Positions 13,174 to 25,684 are shown, counted from the stretch's first letter. The stretch is 64,000 bases of DNA from Eledone cirrhosa (GCA_964016885.1 OZ024762.1:11966001-12030000); one strand, 5' to 3'. The notes: a model not told the origin generated them from the letters alone. Program-made: numbers and translations.

Positions 13174-13720
13174 GAACACGTATATATACACACACGAACA
13201 CATGTATATATACATACACATGAACACGTATATATACACACACGAACACATGTATATATACACACATGAACACATGTATATATACACACACGAACACACA
13301 CATATATATATATATATATACACACGAACACACACACACATATATATACATGAACACATGTATATATACACACACGAACACATATATATATACACACGAA
13401 CACACATGTATATATACACGGTTAGTACTGACAGTCGTGACAATACAGAATACTCGAGATTAACATTTTCAAGGTGTCTTATCCGATGGCCCCGTTAATA
13501 CACAGTTAAAACTCCAGAGAGACAGGCCCCTTATATATATATATATATATATCATCGATTAACGTCTACCTTCCAGGCTAGCATGGGTTAGACGGGTTTG
13601 TCCCATTTAGTGGCAAGCTGGGTCAGGTGACCGTGTCTCGCTCATATAGGAGAGTTTCTGGCTGGTTTTCTACGGCTGGGTGCTCTCCATATATATATAT
13701 ATACATATATATACACACAC

Positions 13721-13763
<43 letters not shown>

Positions 13764-13778
13764 CACACACACACACAC

Positions 13779-13809
<31 letters not shown>

Positions 13810-14109
13810 TATATACACACACACACATATATATATATAATAAATGTAGATGCTGGACCCTCATAATTTGAAATAAACGTGATAGTCCATTATACACATA
13901 CATATATTTCACATGATTACCTGTACAGGTAATATTTATTAGAATGCTGTTGAAGTGTGTATACATTTTTGAGGGACACCCTGTATATATATATTCGCAC
14001 ATGAACAGAGCATGAGAAATGAACCTGATGAATATAACTTGATGTTTTCATATGCCTATGGCGGGTCCTAAAAATTAAAGATATCAAAAGTCTGGTCATA
14101 AAAATAGGA

Positions 14110-14545
14110 CTCTTTAATACCAGTGAAATGCTGGGTCACTTTAATATAATAAAGCAACTTAGAGGTGTCAACTTTAATACCAGTGAAATACTGGGGTAAC
14201 TTTAATACAACAAAACAACCTAGAGGTGTCAACTTTAATACCAGTGAAATGCTGGGGTCACTTTAATATAATAAAGCAACTTAGAGGTGTCAACTTTAAT
14301 ACCAGTGAAATACTGGGGTCACTTTAGTATAAAGCAGTCTAGAGGTGTTAACTTTAATACCAGTAGAATACTGAGGTCACTTTAATACAAAACAACCTAG
14401 AGGTGTCAACTTTAATACCAGTGAAATACTGGGGTCACTTTAGTATAAAGCAGCCTAGAAGTGTGAACTTTAATACCAGTAGAATACTGGGTTACTCATA
14501 TATAATAAAGCAGCCTAGAGGTGTTAAAATTAATACCAGTGAAAT
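14110..14545. repeat. ~60-bp tandem repeat (~7 copies)
   Basis: Recurring ACTTTAATACCAGTGAAATACTGGGGTCACTTTA...TAGAGGTGTCA. Confidence 0.9.
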
Positions 14546-14639
14546 AAAGAGATGTGAATAGCAGTCATTATAGTAAAAGAAAGAAAATGTTGTATTCGTT
14601 CCAGAGAACTGAAATGAAGAGATTGAACAAATAATTTGG

Positions 14640-15560
14640 CAGAAGATAGCGGGGGGGTATGTGCAGAAGATAAAGAGAGGGGGTGGTGTTATATACAGAA
14701 TATAGAGGGGGTGGTATTATATGCAGAAGATAGAGAGAACGGGTGCGGTGTTATATACAGAAGATAGAGAGAACGGGTGGTGTTATATGCAGAAGATAGA
14801 GAGAGAGAGGGTGTGGTGTTATATACAGAAGATAGAGAGGGGGCGGGTTATATACAGAAGATAGAGAGAGAGGGGATGGTGTTTTATACAGAAGATAGAG
14901 AGAGGGGGTGGTGTTATATGCAGGAGATAGAGAGAGGGGTGGTGTTATATGCAGAAGATAGAGAGAGGGTGGTATTATATGCAGGAGATAGAGAGAAGGG
15001 GTGGTGTTATATGTAGGAGATAGAGAGAGGGGGTGGTGTTATATGCAGGAGATAGAGAGAGGGGGTGGTGTTATATGCAGGAGATAGAGAGGGGGTGGTG
15101 TTATATGCAGAAGATATAGAGAGAGGGGGTGGTGTTATATACAGAAGATAGAGGGGGTGGTATTATATGCAGGAGATAGAGAGAGAGGGTAGTGTTATAT
15201 ACAGAAGATAGAGAGGGGGGTTATATGCAGGAGATAGAGAGAGAGGGTGGTGTTATATGCAGGAGATAGAGAGAGAGGGTGGTGTTATATGCAGAAGATA
15301 GAGAGAAAGGGTGTGGTGTTATATACAGAAGATAGAGAGAAGGGGTGGTGTTATATGCAGAAGATAGAGAGAAGGGGTGGTGTTATATGCAGAAGATGGA
15401 GAGAGTGGGGGTAGTGTTATATACAGAAGATAGAGAGAGAGGGTGTGGTGTTATATACAGAAGATAGAGAGAGAGGGGATGGTGTTATATACAGAAGATA
15501 GAGAGAGGGGGTGATGTTATATACAGAAGATAGAAAGAGGAGGTGGTGTTATATGCAAAA
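14640..15560. repeat. ~33-bp purine-rich minisatellite
   Basis: Recurring GTGGTGTTATATRCAGRAGATAGAGAGAGGG. Confidence 0.92.
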
Positions 15561-15678
15561 GAAAGTGGCAGTTGTTCTTAGAAACCACAAAATTCTGACA
15601 AAGTATATGATTGCAGATAAATAACTGATTATTATTTACATATATATGTCTGTGTGTGTATATATATATATATATATA

Positions 15679-15885
15679 TAGTTATGTAATAAACAACATA
15701 AGACAATTATTCCATTTACCAAAGGTTTCACGAAGACAAACAAGCTCAACACAGACGTCTGAAATTGCTCATCAGATAAAATTTCATTCTGATGAGCAAT
15801 TTCAGACGTCTGTGTCGAGCTTGTTTGTCTTCGTGAAACCTTTGGTAAATGGAATAATTGTCTTATGTTGTTTATTACATAACTA
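15679..15885. repeat. ~98-bp-arm palindrome carrying two opposed hammerhead cores (Penelope pLTR-like)
   Basis: Arms identical except one base, 11-nt spacer; flanked by (TA)n on the left. Confidence 0.9.
15783..15853 (+). ncRNA. Type I hammerhead ribozyme motif
   Basis: Stem I TTCATT/AATGGA; CTGATGA 15789-15795; GAAA 15835-15838; stem III CC-TTT-GG; GUA cleavage triplet; stem II imperfect with G.U closing pair. Confidence 0.6.
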
Positions 15886-15937
15886 AATAGCTCTGTAGCC
15901 CACATAGAGCACTCCTTTCATTTACCTTTCCTATGGA

Positions 15938-15972
<35 letters not shown>

Positions 15973-16055
15973 CATACACACACATGTATGTATGTATGTA
16001 TGTATGTATGTATGTATGTATGTATGTATGTATGTATGTGTGTGTGTATGTGTGT

Positions 16056-16159
<104 letters not shown>

Positions 16160-16600
16160 TACATTACATATATAAAAACTAATAAAACATACCAAATAAA
16201 GCCGACCACTTTAAGAGACCCCACCCACGATTTAACGGACCAACAACAAGAAAGGTTTAAAGTTTAGGTACAAGTCCAGTAATTTGAGTGGAAGAAGGGT
16301 AGAATCGTCGGTTATACCTCACCCCCTGCCAGTATTTCATTGATCCTTTATTTTATCGATCCCTTTCCGAAAAGATGACAGTCAAAGTTGAAAGAATATA
16401 TTTAGAGTGTGAAAATGTATTGTCATTACCATAACTATAAAAACTCAACTATCAAACTACATTGTCAAAGATGTAGTAAATACACATCACACTTTCTTTA
16501 TTATTAAATAATCTATATACAATATATATATATATATATATGCCAATAATGGAATTGAATCATTAAGACAGATGAGGTATGTCATACATCAAATCATATA

Positions 16601-16663
16601 TTTTATCCGACGAGGACGTACTGAAAAAACAGCAGAGGTACCTTCGAAATATATATAATAAAA
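16601..16663 (+). ncRNA. Type I hammerhead ribozyme motif (U4C variant), same family as 2694
   Basis: TTTTAT-CCGACGA-GGACGTAC...GTACCTTC-GAAA-TATATA-TA-ATAAAA; downstream ACTCCAG...CTGTAGAGTGCTT shared with ~2805-2835. Confidence 0.6.
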
Positions 16664-17136
16664 CATGTATTTTGATTATGTGAATGTCTTCATTTATTAA
16701 TATTTTGAATATTATTAATAACTCCAGAAAACTTCACTGTAGAGTGCTTTTAATCTATTGTAAAACTATATTCATTGAGTAATCAATGAACCATATTAAT
16801 CTTTGGTTATATTTGTGTGTGTGTATGTATATATATATATATAAGTTTCAGAAGATCCTGTTAAGGGTGAAAGCAGCGATTCTTTGCTTAAACTTTAATC
16901 TGTTATTTTAATAAATATCTATGATTAATATAGATTAAAGTTTAAGCAAATAATTTCTGCTCACACCCTATTACGGGGTCTTTATATATAATTTGTTGGG
17001 ATTCAACAAGTTTAAACATTTTTATAACTGATATAAAGCACTCAACAGCTTAGTGGAGTAAATATACAATATATTAATAAATGGAAACTATATTTATAAA
17101 ACCATATTTATTTTATTATACATATTTCAAGGGCCA

Positions 17137-17172
<36 letters not shown>

Positions 17173-18013
17173 CTTGTTTGTTTTTCTCATTAAAAAACAG
17201 AACTGGTCGTTAGGCCAACAAAGATTGAACAGGCTTTCCACATTTCCAGACACACCTTCCTAGATATGGTCCGTTAAATCGAGGGTTGACTGTGCTGTTT
17301 GTGCATGTCTGAGTGTATATATACATACATATGTATGTATATATATATTCCAATATATATATGTGTGTGCGCGTGTGTGTGTAGAGTGTCCCAAAAAATG
17401 TATACATACTTTGATTACCTATACAGGCAATATTTATTAGAATGTTGTTGAAGTGTGTATACATTTTTTGGACACCCTGAATATATATATATAGATATAT
17501 ATATATACATGTGTACATATATACACATATATGGATGTGTGAGTGTGTGTACATGTATATACATATATATACACATACATATATATATGTATGTGTATAT
17601 ATATGTATGTGTATACATATATATATGTACACATACATATATATATGTACACATACATATATATATATGTACACATACATATATATATACACATACATAT
17701 ATATATATATGTACACATACATATATATATACACATACATATATATATATATATGTACACATACATATATATATATATGTACACATACATATATATATAT
17801 ATGTACACATATATAAATGTACACATACATATATATATGTACACATACATATATGTACACATACATTTATATATGTACACATACATATATATATGTACAC
17901 ATATATACATGTACACATACATATATACATGTACACATACATATATACATGTATACATACATATATACATGTATACATACATATATACATGTATACATAC
18001 ATATATACATGTA

Positions 18014-18066
<53 letters not shown>

Positions 18067-18089
18067 TAACAATAGTATAGCAGACTCAC

Positions 18090-18310
18090 CTTCCAGGGAC
18101 GGCTGTAATTGCACTTTTTTTCCAAAATCCTTGTTTGCTGTGGTTTGTTGTTGTTGTTGTTGTTGTTACAGAAGCTGAGTGAAAGATTGGATGATGATGA
18201 TGATGATGATGATTATGATGATAGTTGTTGGCAGTAGCAGTGGTGGTGGCGGCGGCGGTGGTGGTTGTGGTTGTGGTGTTAGTGGACAAAGCAGGACCAT
18301 AAGTGGACAT
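18090..18310 (-). CDS. Probable first coding exon of an unidentified gene continuing leftward (Thr/His-rich N-terminus)
   Basis: ATG at 18310 opens MSTYGPALS...[14 protein letters not shown]...[15 protein letters not shown], ending at a consensus AAG|GTGAGT donor (phase 2); promoter motifs ~900 bp upstream; no downstream exon recognised in the window. Confidence 0.55.
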
Positions 18311-19239
18311 AACTAGCTGCGAGTGAAGAGATAGTGTTTGCTGGCAGGAAGTTGGAAGTGTATTAAGATAAGGACAACACTTGAAAAAAGCACAGCAGAC
18401 ATCTACTGGAGATATATATATAGATATATGTATAGATATATATATATATCACCCTTTTTTTTGAGACGAGAACAAGTCTGTTATTGTTGATGTTGATGTT
18501 GTTGTTATTGATGATGATGATGATGATGATGATATGTTGTTGATGATGGTGGGAGTATTTTGGGGGGAAGGACGGTGAAGTCTTTACTTCATTTCATCGA
18601 AACAATCTGTGATATATATATATATATACATATATACATATACATATATATATATATATATAGATATAGATATATATATACGTGTGTATATATATATAAT
18701 CGTATTAGCGGTGCGGCCTGAAGAAAAAGGTCACTATTTTGATGCCTCGTTTTCTGGGGGTATATGTTTAGATATGGTCAAATTTTGGCCCTTGAAATCT
18801 TAGGTTGCGCCTTTTGATCCGTGTGTGAACATAAATAAATAACACAATATATCTATAACATATACGTATATATATACATATATATATATATATACAAAGT
18901 GTTTTTTTGTTGTTTTTTTTTGTTAAAGATAGATACAGTGTAGGAAGGAGAAGAGACAATGTCCCCTTAAACAGTTTGATGTAGGGGTAAATCCAGAGGA
19001 GGCGGTGTCTGTTCGGCCGTTCACGGCTCAACACCAAAATGATAACAAATGCACCAGTTTCTCCCCCAAATATTTTGACGAACACCCCCGAATATTTAGG
19101 TTACTGTTTACAGTACAGCTTGACTTTGTTGTTGTTCAACAATGGCTAAGTCTATCTAGGCAACCTTTCCTAGTTGTTGTGTTGATCAGTCGAAGTTAAT
19201 GTTTTTCTTTTTCCTATATATTTTGGCTGTCAATAAAGA

Positions 19240-19312
19240 AATGACGTGCTTCGCTTGCCGGAAACCCGTGTAACCTAAAGATGGCTGATTGTCTGTCAAG
19301 TGCGCATGCGTA
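19240..19312. promoter_or_regulatory. Housekeeping-type promoter motif cluster
   Basis: Within ~70 bp: TGACGT (CRE half-site), CCGGAA (ETS), AAGATGGCTG (YY1-like) and TGCGCATGCG (NRF1-like); local CpG enrichment. Confidence 0.55.
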
Positions 19313-19370
19313 ACACTCATAGTGCCATATCACATTTCTCTCTATTGATCTATCTCTCGCTTTATCACAA

Positions 19371-19416
<46 letters not shown>

Positions 19417-19434
19417 TCTCTCTCTCTATCTATC

Positions 19435-19805
19435 TATCTATTCTTTTTTTCAAATAGCACTTTGGAAGAAGAATCAGGATGGAGAGAGAGGTACTGTACC
19501 CCAGCAAGTTTTGTGAAAGTGGCGAGAATGGCCCGAGTGAATGGGCCTTCTCTCTATATCAGCCTGTAGGTTGAGGAAAAAGAGGAGGAGAGGAAAGGAG
19601 TACAAACTTTTTGTACTTCTGGAGATGAGGGTTGCACATTTTTTCGGGGGTATGTGTTACCCATATAAACTGACTCCCCCTACTGGGGAAAATCGACTAA
19701 TTTTTAAATTGCATTTGTGATAACATTTTACACGTTTTTATTGTATGTAAACTTCCCCCTTTGTATTTGTCCCCTTCTTTTGTGCCCCTGTGGCTAATAA
19801 AGAAA
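19435..19805 (+). mobile_element. 3' end of an L1/Tx1-like LINE with AATAAA tail
   Basis: Last ~180 bp (GATGAGGGTTGCACA...GTGGCTAATAAAGAAA) nearly identical to 34519-34702; both end in microsatellite; clade is inference. Confidence 0.55.
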
Positions 19806-20000
19806 CATATCTATCTATCTCTCTCTCTCTCTCTTCTCTTCTCCCCCCCCCCCTCCTCCCACCATCTTTCTCTTCTCTCATTCTTTCCCTTCTCGCTCTC
19901 TTTAATTTGATTTCTTTTTCACCCCCTCCCCCTCTCTCAGGAAGTTCTTTACTTTCATGTTTTTAACTACCTTACCTTTGTTAGCAGAAGAAGGAAGACC

Positions 20001-20045
20001 ATCCAGATTAGTTTCAATACTGTGTTGGGATCTCATCAGTGACCG
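20001..20045 (-). ncRNA. Degenerate minimal hammerhead motif
   Basis: Minus strand TCA-CTGATGA-GATCCCAACACAGTATT-GAAA-CTAA-TC-TGG; one change from a palindromic CTAG stem III with GUC triplet. Confidence 0.4.
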
Positions 20046-20129
20046 AGTCCCCTTTTAACTGTCCACAGTGACATTACTTACAATGGTCAAGAGACAGGTT
20101 CATTTTATCCTACTGCTGCATGGCATGTA

Positions 20130-20385
20130 TACATTGTCCACCGTCCATTGTCCAATGTCCACTGTTCAATGTCCACCATCCATTGTCCATTGTCCATTAT
20201 CCAATGTCCAACAGCCATTTTCCATTGTCCATTTTCCAATGTCCATTGTCCATTATCAAATATCCAATGTCTATTTTCCAATGTCCATTGTCCATTATCA
20301 AATATCCAATGTCCATTTTCCAATGTCCAATATCCATTATGAAATATTCAATGTCCATTTTCCATTTTCCAATGTCCAACAATGG
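20130..20385. repeat. 7-mer (TGTCCAW) degenerate tandem repeat
   Basis: Directly visible. Confidence 0.9.
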
Positions 20386-20813
20386 TTGTGGGTACAGTGG
20401 TAATTTGTCTTTGGCACAGTTGTGTCCACTGCCGATTGCAAGCAGATTCCATCAATGTCAACTCACCAACAGTTTGTGTGCTCGCTCAGTGGAGCTGTGG
20501 TGCCCCTAAGCCATAATAGCTAAACACCTTGAAGCCAGAATCAAAGCTGGAGTCATGTTGTTGTTTTTTTGAAAGCATCCCACCCTTAACCCTTTACAGA
20601 TTTTACAGGTAAAACCGACGAATATAGGACCCAGGTTAGACCCCCAAGCAAGTTGATTGGATAACATCCATTAGCTGGGCTGGTGTTGCTTGGTGATCCA
20701 GCTGGATCAATTGGAGATATTTGCTTCTGACTCGATCTACTGGAAGGAGTGTTTGAGGACTCTGTTCCCTTGACCCTCTCAGGTATAAATAGGAGAAGAA
20801 GAAGCCCTTGCAT

Positions 20814-20992
20814 TTGGCAGTATCAGTAGAGGGTCGGACGCTATGCTTTGCAGCATAGAGTTACGGCCCTTTATGATCTGAGTTCAAATTCCACTGAGGT
20901 TAACTTTGCCTTTCATCCTTACGAGGTTGATAAAATAAAGTACCAGTAATGCACTGAGATAATTGCTGGCCTTATGCCAAAAGTAGAAACAC
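20814..20992 (+). mobile_element. SINE family 1
   Basis: TTGGCAGTATCAGTAGAGGGTCGG...GAGTTCAAAT...GCCTTTCATCCTTACG...GTAGAAAC. Confidence 0.85.
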
Positions 20993-21496
20993 TTATTTAC
21001 AGTGGTCAAAAAAATTTATTTGGAGTCCCTTAAAATGTGGGGACCCTGGCTACTAGCCAGTTGGATTCTCTGGCCTCTTAATCTCATCCTTATGTAACAT
21101 GTGATGTTTTACTAGTTGACCCTTTTCTCCCACCCCCTAGCAGTATTGGACCAATCAGAAGCCAGCATTCTTTTCTCTTGGCCATTTTAAATACATAAAA
21201 TGGCACTTGAAAATAATCTTTCTCTCATTTCAAAAGAAGTGTAACAAACTTTTGCTTCTTGCTTTAACGAAGCAGAACATAGGGAAACAATATCCCTGAG
21301 AAGGCTTAAGGGTCCTTTTTTAGTTGATCTGATCTGAAATATAAAACATGTGTTCAGTTGAACAACATATCAACTTCCAGTATCTAATTTCTACAAAATC
21401 ACTATATCATCATCCTTATAAAAATCATTACAATCACCATAATGTTTTCCATAAAAGAGAGAGAGAGAGACATAGAGAGAAGCAGAGAAAGTGGAT

Positions 21497-21570
<74 letters not shown>

Positions 21571-21949
21571 TATCACCATCATCATCATCATCGTTTAATG
21601 TCCGCTTTAGCTGCTAGAAAGGGGTTGACAGATCTTCCCAGACCAAGTCAATACTGAAGCAAGGCCATTGACCTTGCAGACAGGCTTACATTCTACTGTA
21701 AGTAGAGTGCATTTCATTGTGGCACCATCACTAGAGAGGTTGTCATGTCTTTGACACAACTGAATGGTCCTCCAAACCTTTTGTTTGGCAAGCTTTCTAC
21801 AGCTAAATGTCCATCATATCACCAACCTGAGCACACAGTTAGCCTGCCGGGAGTGAGAGGCCTTGTTAGGACATCATTCTAGAAGGAAAACTCTGATGTA
21901 AAACCTGGAACTTGATGACAACCAATGACCTGTTCTTCGTTTTGGATAC

Positions 21950-22535
21950 CTGTCACCATTGTCCAGAGAGTGAGATTGGTCCAGTACAAGACCTTTCATA
22001 TCACCATTGTTCAGAGAGAGTGGGACTGGTCCAGTACAAGACCTTTCATATCACCATTGTTCAGAGAGAGTGGGACTGGTCCAGTACAAGACCTTTCTTG
22101 TCACCATTGTTCAGAGAGAGTGGGATTGGTCCAGTACAAGGCCTTTCTTGTCACCATTGTTCAGAGAGAGTGGGATTGGTCCAGTACAAGACCTTTCATA
22201 TCACCATTGTTCAGAGAGAGTGGGATTGGTCCAGTACAAGACCTTTCTTGTCACCATTGTTCAGAGAGAGTGGGATTGGTCCAGTACAAGGCCTTTCATA
22301 TCACCATTGTTCAGAGAGAGTGGGATTGGTCCAGTACAAGACCTTTCATATCACCATTGTTCAGAGAGAGTGGCATTGGTCCAGTACAAGACCTTTCATA
22401 TCACCATTGTTCAGAGAGAGTGGGACTGGTCCAGTACAAGACCTTTCATATCACCATTGTTCAGAGAGAGTGGGATTGGTCCAGTACAAGGCCTTTCATA
22501 TCACCATTGTTCAGAGAGAGTGGCATTGGTCCAGT
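21950..22535. repeat. 50-bp tandem repeat (~12 copies)
   Basis: Unit TCACCATTGTTCAGAGAGAGTGGGATTGGTCCAGTACAAGACCTTTCATA. Confidence 0.97.
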
Positions 22536-22775
22536 GTAAAACATTTCTTCCCTTAAAAAAGTTTCAATCACTGACCTCACTTGATCTAAACGACTTTCCC
22601 ATGTGTTGTGGGAACATGGCCATTTTCCCTTTTCTTTATTCTTTCATTGCAGCGTATGCAGAAAGGAATCTAAGTCCTTTGCAGGGCTAAAATGTTTGTG
22701 CCACCCATGTTTAAGAAAAAGGTCATGGAATGGTAACTGTTGAGACTGAGATGCTGCCATTATATATGTATATAT

Positions 22776-23335
22776 GGGGCGGTGGATTGGCAGTATCGGT
22801 AGAAGGTCGGACGCCATGTTTTCCAGCATAGTTACGTCCCTTTACGATCTGAGTTCAAATCCCGCCGAGGTTGACTTTGCCTTTCATCCTTACGGGGTCG
22901 ATAAAATAAAGTACCAGTAATGCACTGGGTATTTGCTGGCCTTGTGCCTAAAGTAGAAACAATTATATATGTATATATAATGGCAGGACGCCATGCTTTG
23001 CAGCATAGAGTTACGTCCCTTTACGGTCTGAGTTCAAATCCCACCGAGGTTAACTTTGCCTTTCCTTACGGGGTCGATAAAATAATAAAGTACCAGTAAT
23101 ACACTGGGGTAATTGCTGGCCTTGTGCCAAAGGTAGAAACAATTGTATATGTATATAATTGTTTCTACTTTTAGCACAAGGCCAGCAATTACCCAGTACA
23201 TTACTGGTACTTTATTTTATCGACCCCGTAAGGATGAAAGGCAAAGTTAACCTCGGCGGGATTTGAACTCAGAATGGCAAGGGCAGTAACTCTATGCGCC
23301 AAAGCATGGCGTCCAACTCGCTACCGATACTGCCA
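22776..23335. mobile_element. Cluster of three family-1 SINEs (+, +, -)
   Basis: Copies ~22776-22965 (+), ~22982-23144 (+), ~23157-23335 (-). Confidence 0.85.
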
Positions 23336-23502
23336 TATAATGGCACTCCAAAGAAAAACCGATACCGAGTGTACTTGAGTCCAGTAAGACAACTTCTCTA
23401 GTGTTGGAGGCAAGAATGATACATCCAGTGAACACTGTAAAGTGGTTGGTGATAGGAAGGGCATTCATTCAGCCAGAAAAACCCTGCCTAAATATGACAA
23501 GC

Positions 23503-23539
<37 letters not shown>

Positions 23540-23542
<3 letters not shown>

Positions 23543-23683
23543 TGGCGGATTTAGGACAAATTAGGCCCTGTGCTAGTTAAGTTATGAGGCCCCTTATTTG
23601 GGCCCTGAAAGAGGTAAAAAAGTTTTTGGCAGATGGCTCCCCCTGGTCAAGTACACCTAAGCACAGTGGTAAATCCGGCACTG
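23540..23683. mobile_element. hAT-like MITE
   Basis: TIRs CAGTGGCGGATTTA / TAAATCCGGCACTG inserted in (TA)n; second copy at 25899-26056. Confidence 0.7.
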
Positions 23684-23889
23684 TATATATGTATGTGTGT
23701 GTGTGCGTGCGTGTACCTATGTGTGCGTGTGTGGGGGTTTTTTTTTCGTATGACATGGGAAGAAAATGGGAGGTAAACAAGTTTGCTAATTACTTTCGTT
23801 CGAAATCGTAACTTAGAACAGTAAAATAAATATTTTAAAACAAAACAAAAAAAAAACATGACAAAACCTCGCCAATTAATCGTGAATTA

Positions 23890-24707
23890 GGCACTACCAT
23901 GCTATTAGCTGTCAGAAGTGAAAGTTTCGTCAACCTTCTCAATCGTAAACACCGTTTATTTCTGTATTACCACGCGTTATTTTAATAAAGCATATCGATG
24001 TAAGTGGAGTTACTTAAATGAAAATATAGGTGTGCCTTAAAAGGGCCAAATTAGAAAACAAATTTAAGTTAATTAGAAAACAAGTCATGGTTATCAAATA
24101 AATTGGATTTAATCATTTATATTTTCATAGTCATGGTTATCAATGTAGAAAACAAGTCATTTTCACCAACAGTGGAGTTAACTTAAATGAAAATATAGGT
24201 GGCCCTTAAAAGGGCCAAATTAGAAAACAAATATATGGTTATCAAATTTTTTTCACCAACCCTATACATGAAATTGATAACCATGACTATGAAAATTTAA
24301 ATGATTAAATCTAATTTATTTGATAACCATGACTTGTTTTCTAATTAACTTAAATTTGTTTTCTAATTTGGCCTTTTTAAGGGCCACCTATATTTTCATT
24401 TAAGTAACTCCACTTACATCGATATGCTTTATTAAAATAACTGTTTCTACTTTAGGCACAAGGCCAGCAATTACCCAGTGCATTACTGGTACTTTATTTT
24501 ATCGACCCCATAAGGATGAAAGCCAAAGTCAACCTCGGCGGGATTTGAACTCAGATCGTAAAGGGACGTAACTATGCTGGAAAGCACGCCGTCCGACCCT
24601 CTACCGATACTGCCAATTAACGCGTGGTAATACGGAAATAAACGATGTTTACGATTGAGAAGGTTGACGAAATTTTTACTTCTGACAGCTAATAGCATGG
24701 TAGTGCC
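23890..24707. mobile_element. Long-TIR MITE with 8-bp TSD (Merlin-like), SINE nested in right arm
   Basis: Termini GGCACTACCATGC...GCATGGTAGTGCC; ~255-bp inverted arms; direct repeat GTGAATTA at 23882-23889 and 24708-24715; family-1 SINE at ~24441-24618 interrupts the right arm. Confidence 0.8.
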
Positions 24708-25061
24708 GTGAATTATTTACATAACAGGTAATAAACTGTGAGGTGAGGTGTGTAGAAGTCAATAGCTGAATAACTGGTTAGTGTTCACAAAAATATTCTG
24801 AGTTAATTGTCACTAAAACACTTAACAGAGTTCTGTCCCTTGTCATAAGAGGACGTGGCTTTCTACATAACTAAATACTCAGAAAGTAATGTGGCCTCTG
24901 TTTTTCAAGGCAAATATGTATATAAGCGGGGTTTGAACCTAAAGAAAAATAAAGGCCCCTTACACGGAAAAAAATTTTTTAAATTAAAATTAAAATCAAA
25001 ATAATCCTTCTGCAGGAGTTGACAACAAGCGGACCATTTATATTTGATTGAATAAAGAAGA

Positions 25062-25139
25062 ATGTCTTCGAGAAAGCACCAGGTAGATGTTCGCTCACAC
25101 CGCGCCTCGATGCTTCCTATATATATAGTAGGCTTCTTG
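25062..25139 (+). CDS. MFSD9: MFSD9-like transporter, coding exon 1
   Basis: MSSRKHQVDVRSHRASMLPIYIVGFL then GTAAGT (phase 0); joins DLLGVSM, matching the MFSD9 Y.VGFLDL.GVSM motif; upstream TTCTGCAG at ~25015 suggests a 5' UTR intron. Confidence 0.85.
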
Positions 25140-25223
25140 GTAAGTACCCTTGCCTGCTGCTAGCGGCTTTTATTTTAACTTCTCTTATATAATTATATAT
25201 ACACTCGTGTATATTATATAATA

Positions 25224-25271
<48 letters not shown>

Positions 25272-25684
25272 CATACACACTTGCATTTGACAATATATTT
25301 TTGGTCTGGTGTTGGCTCGGTCGTTCACCCCTTCCTTTACATTTTCTTTAATATTGCAACATTAAAAGAATATATCCTTCTGAAAGAACCGCAAGCAATT
25401 TATAATGTCATCTAAACATTTGTAATGTTATTTATATATACATACATATATACACTTGCATACATTTGACAATATGAGTCGAAACGCTTTTATATATATA
25501 TATGTAGGTGTGTATATGTGTAGTCACAAGCTTTTTTTCACCTGTTTCTTTTGACGTCTTGTACGTTTCCGCCTGAAACATATTTATGGGTATATATATA
25601 AGTATTGAAGTTTCCGTTGAAAATTGAAAAAGTCATAGGAGTGAAGAGTGCTCTATGTAAGTTACAGAGGTAAATTTATTATAC

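Noticed and set aside
21950-22535. Regular repeat arrays (also 5.1, 10.6 and 53.3 kb) as CRISPR or repeat-protein genes
   Set aside because: Head-to-tail units without unique spacers, no cas genes, eukaryotic context
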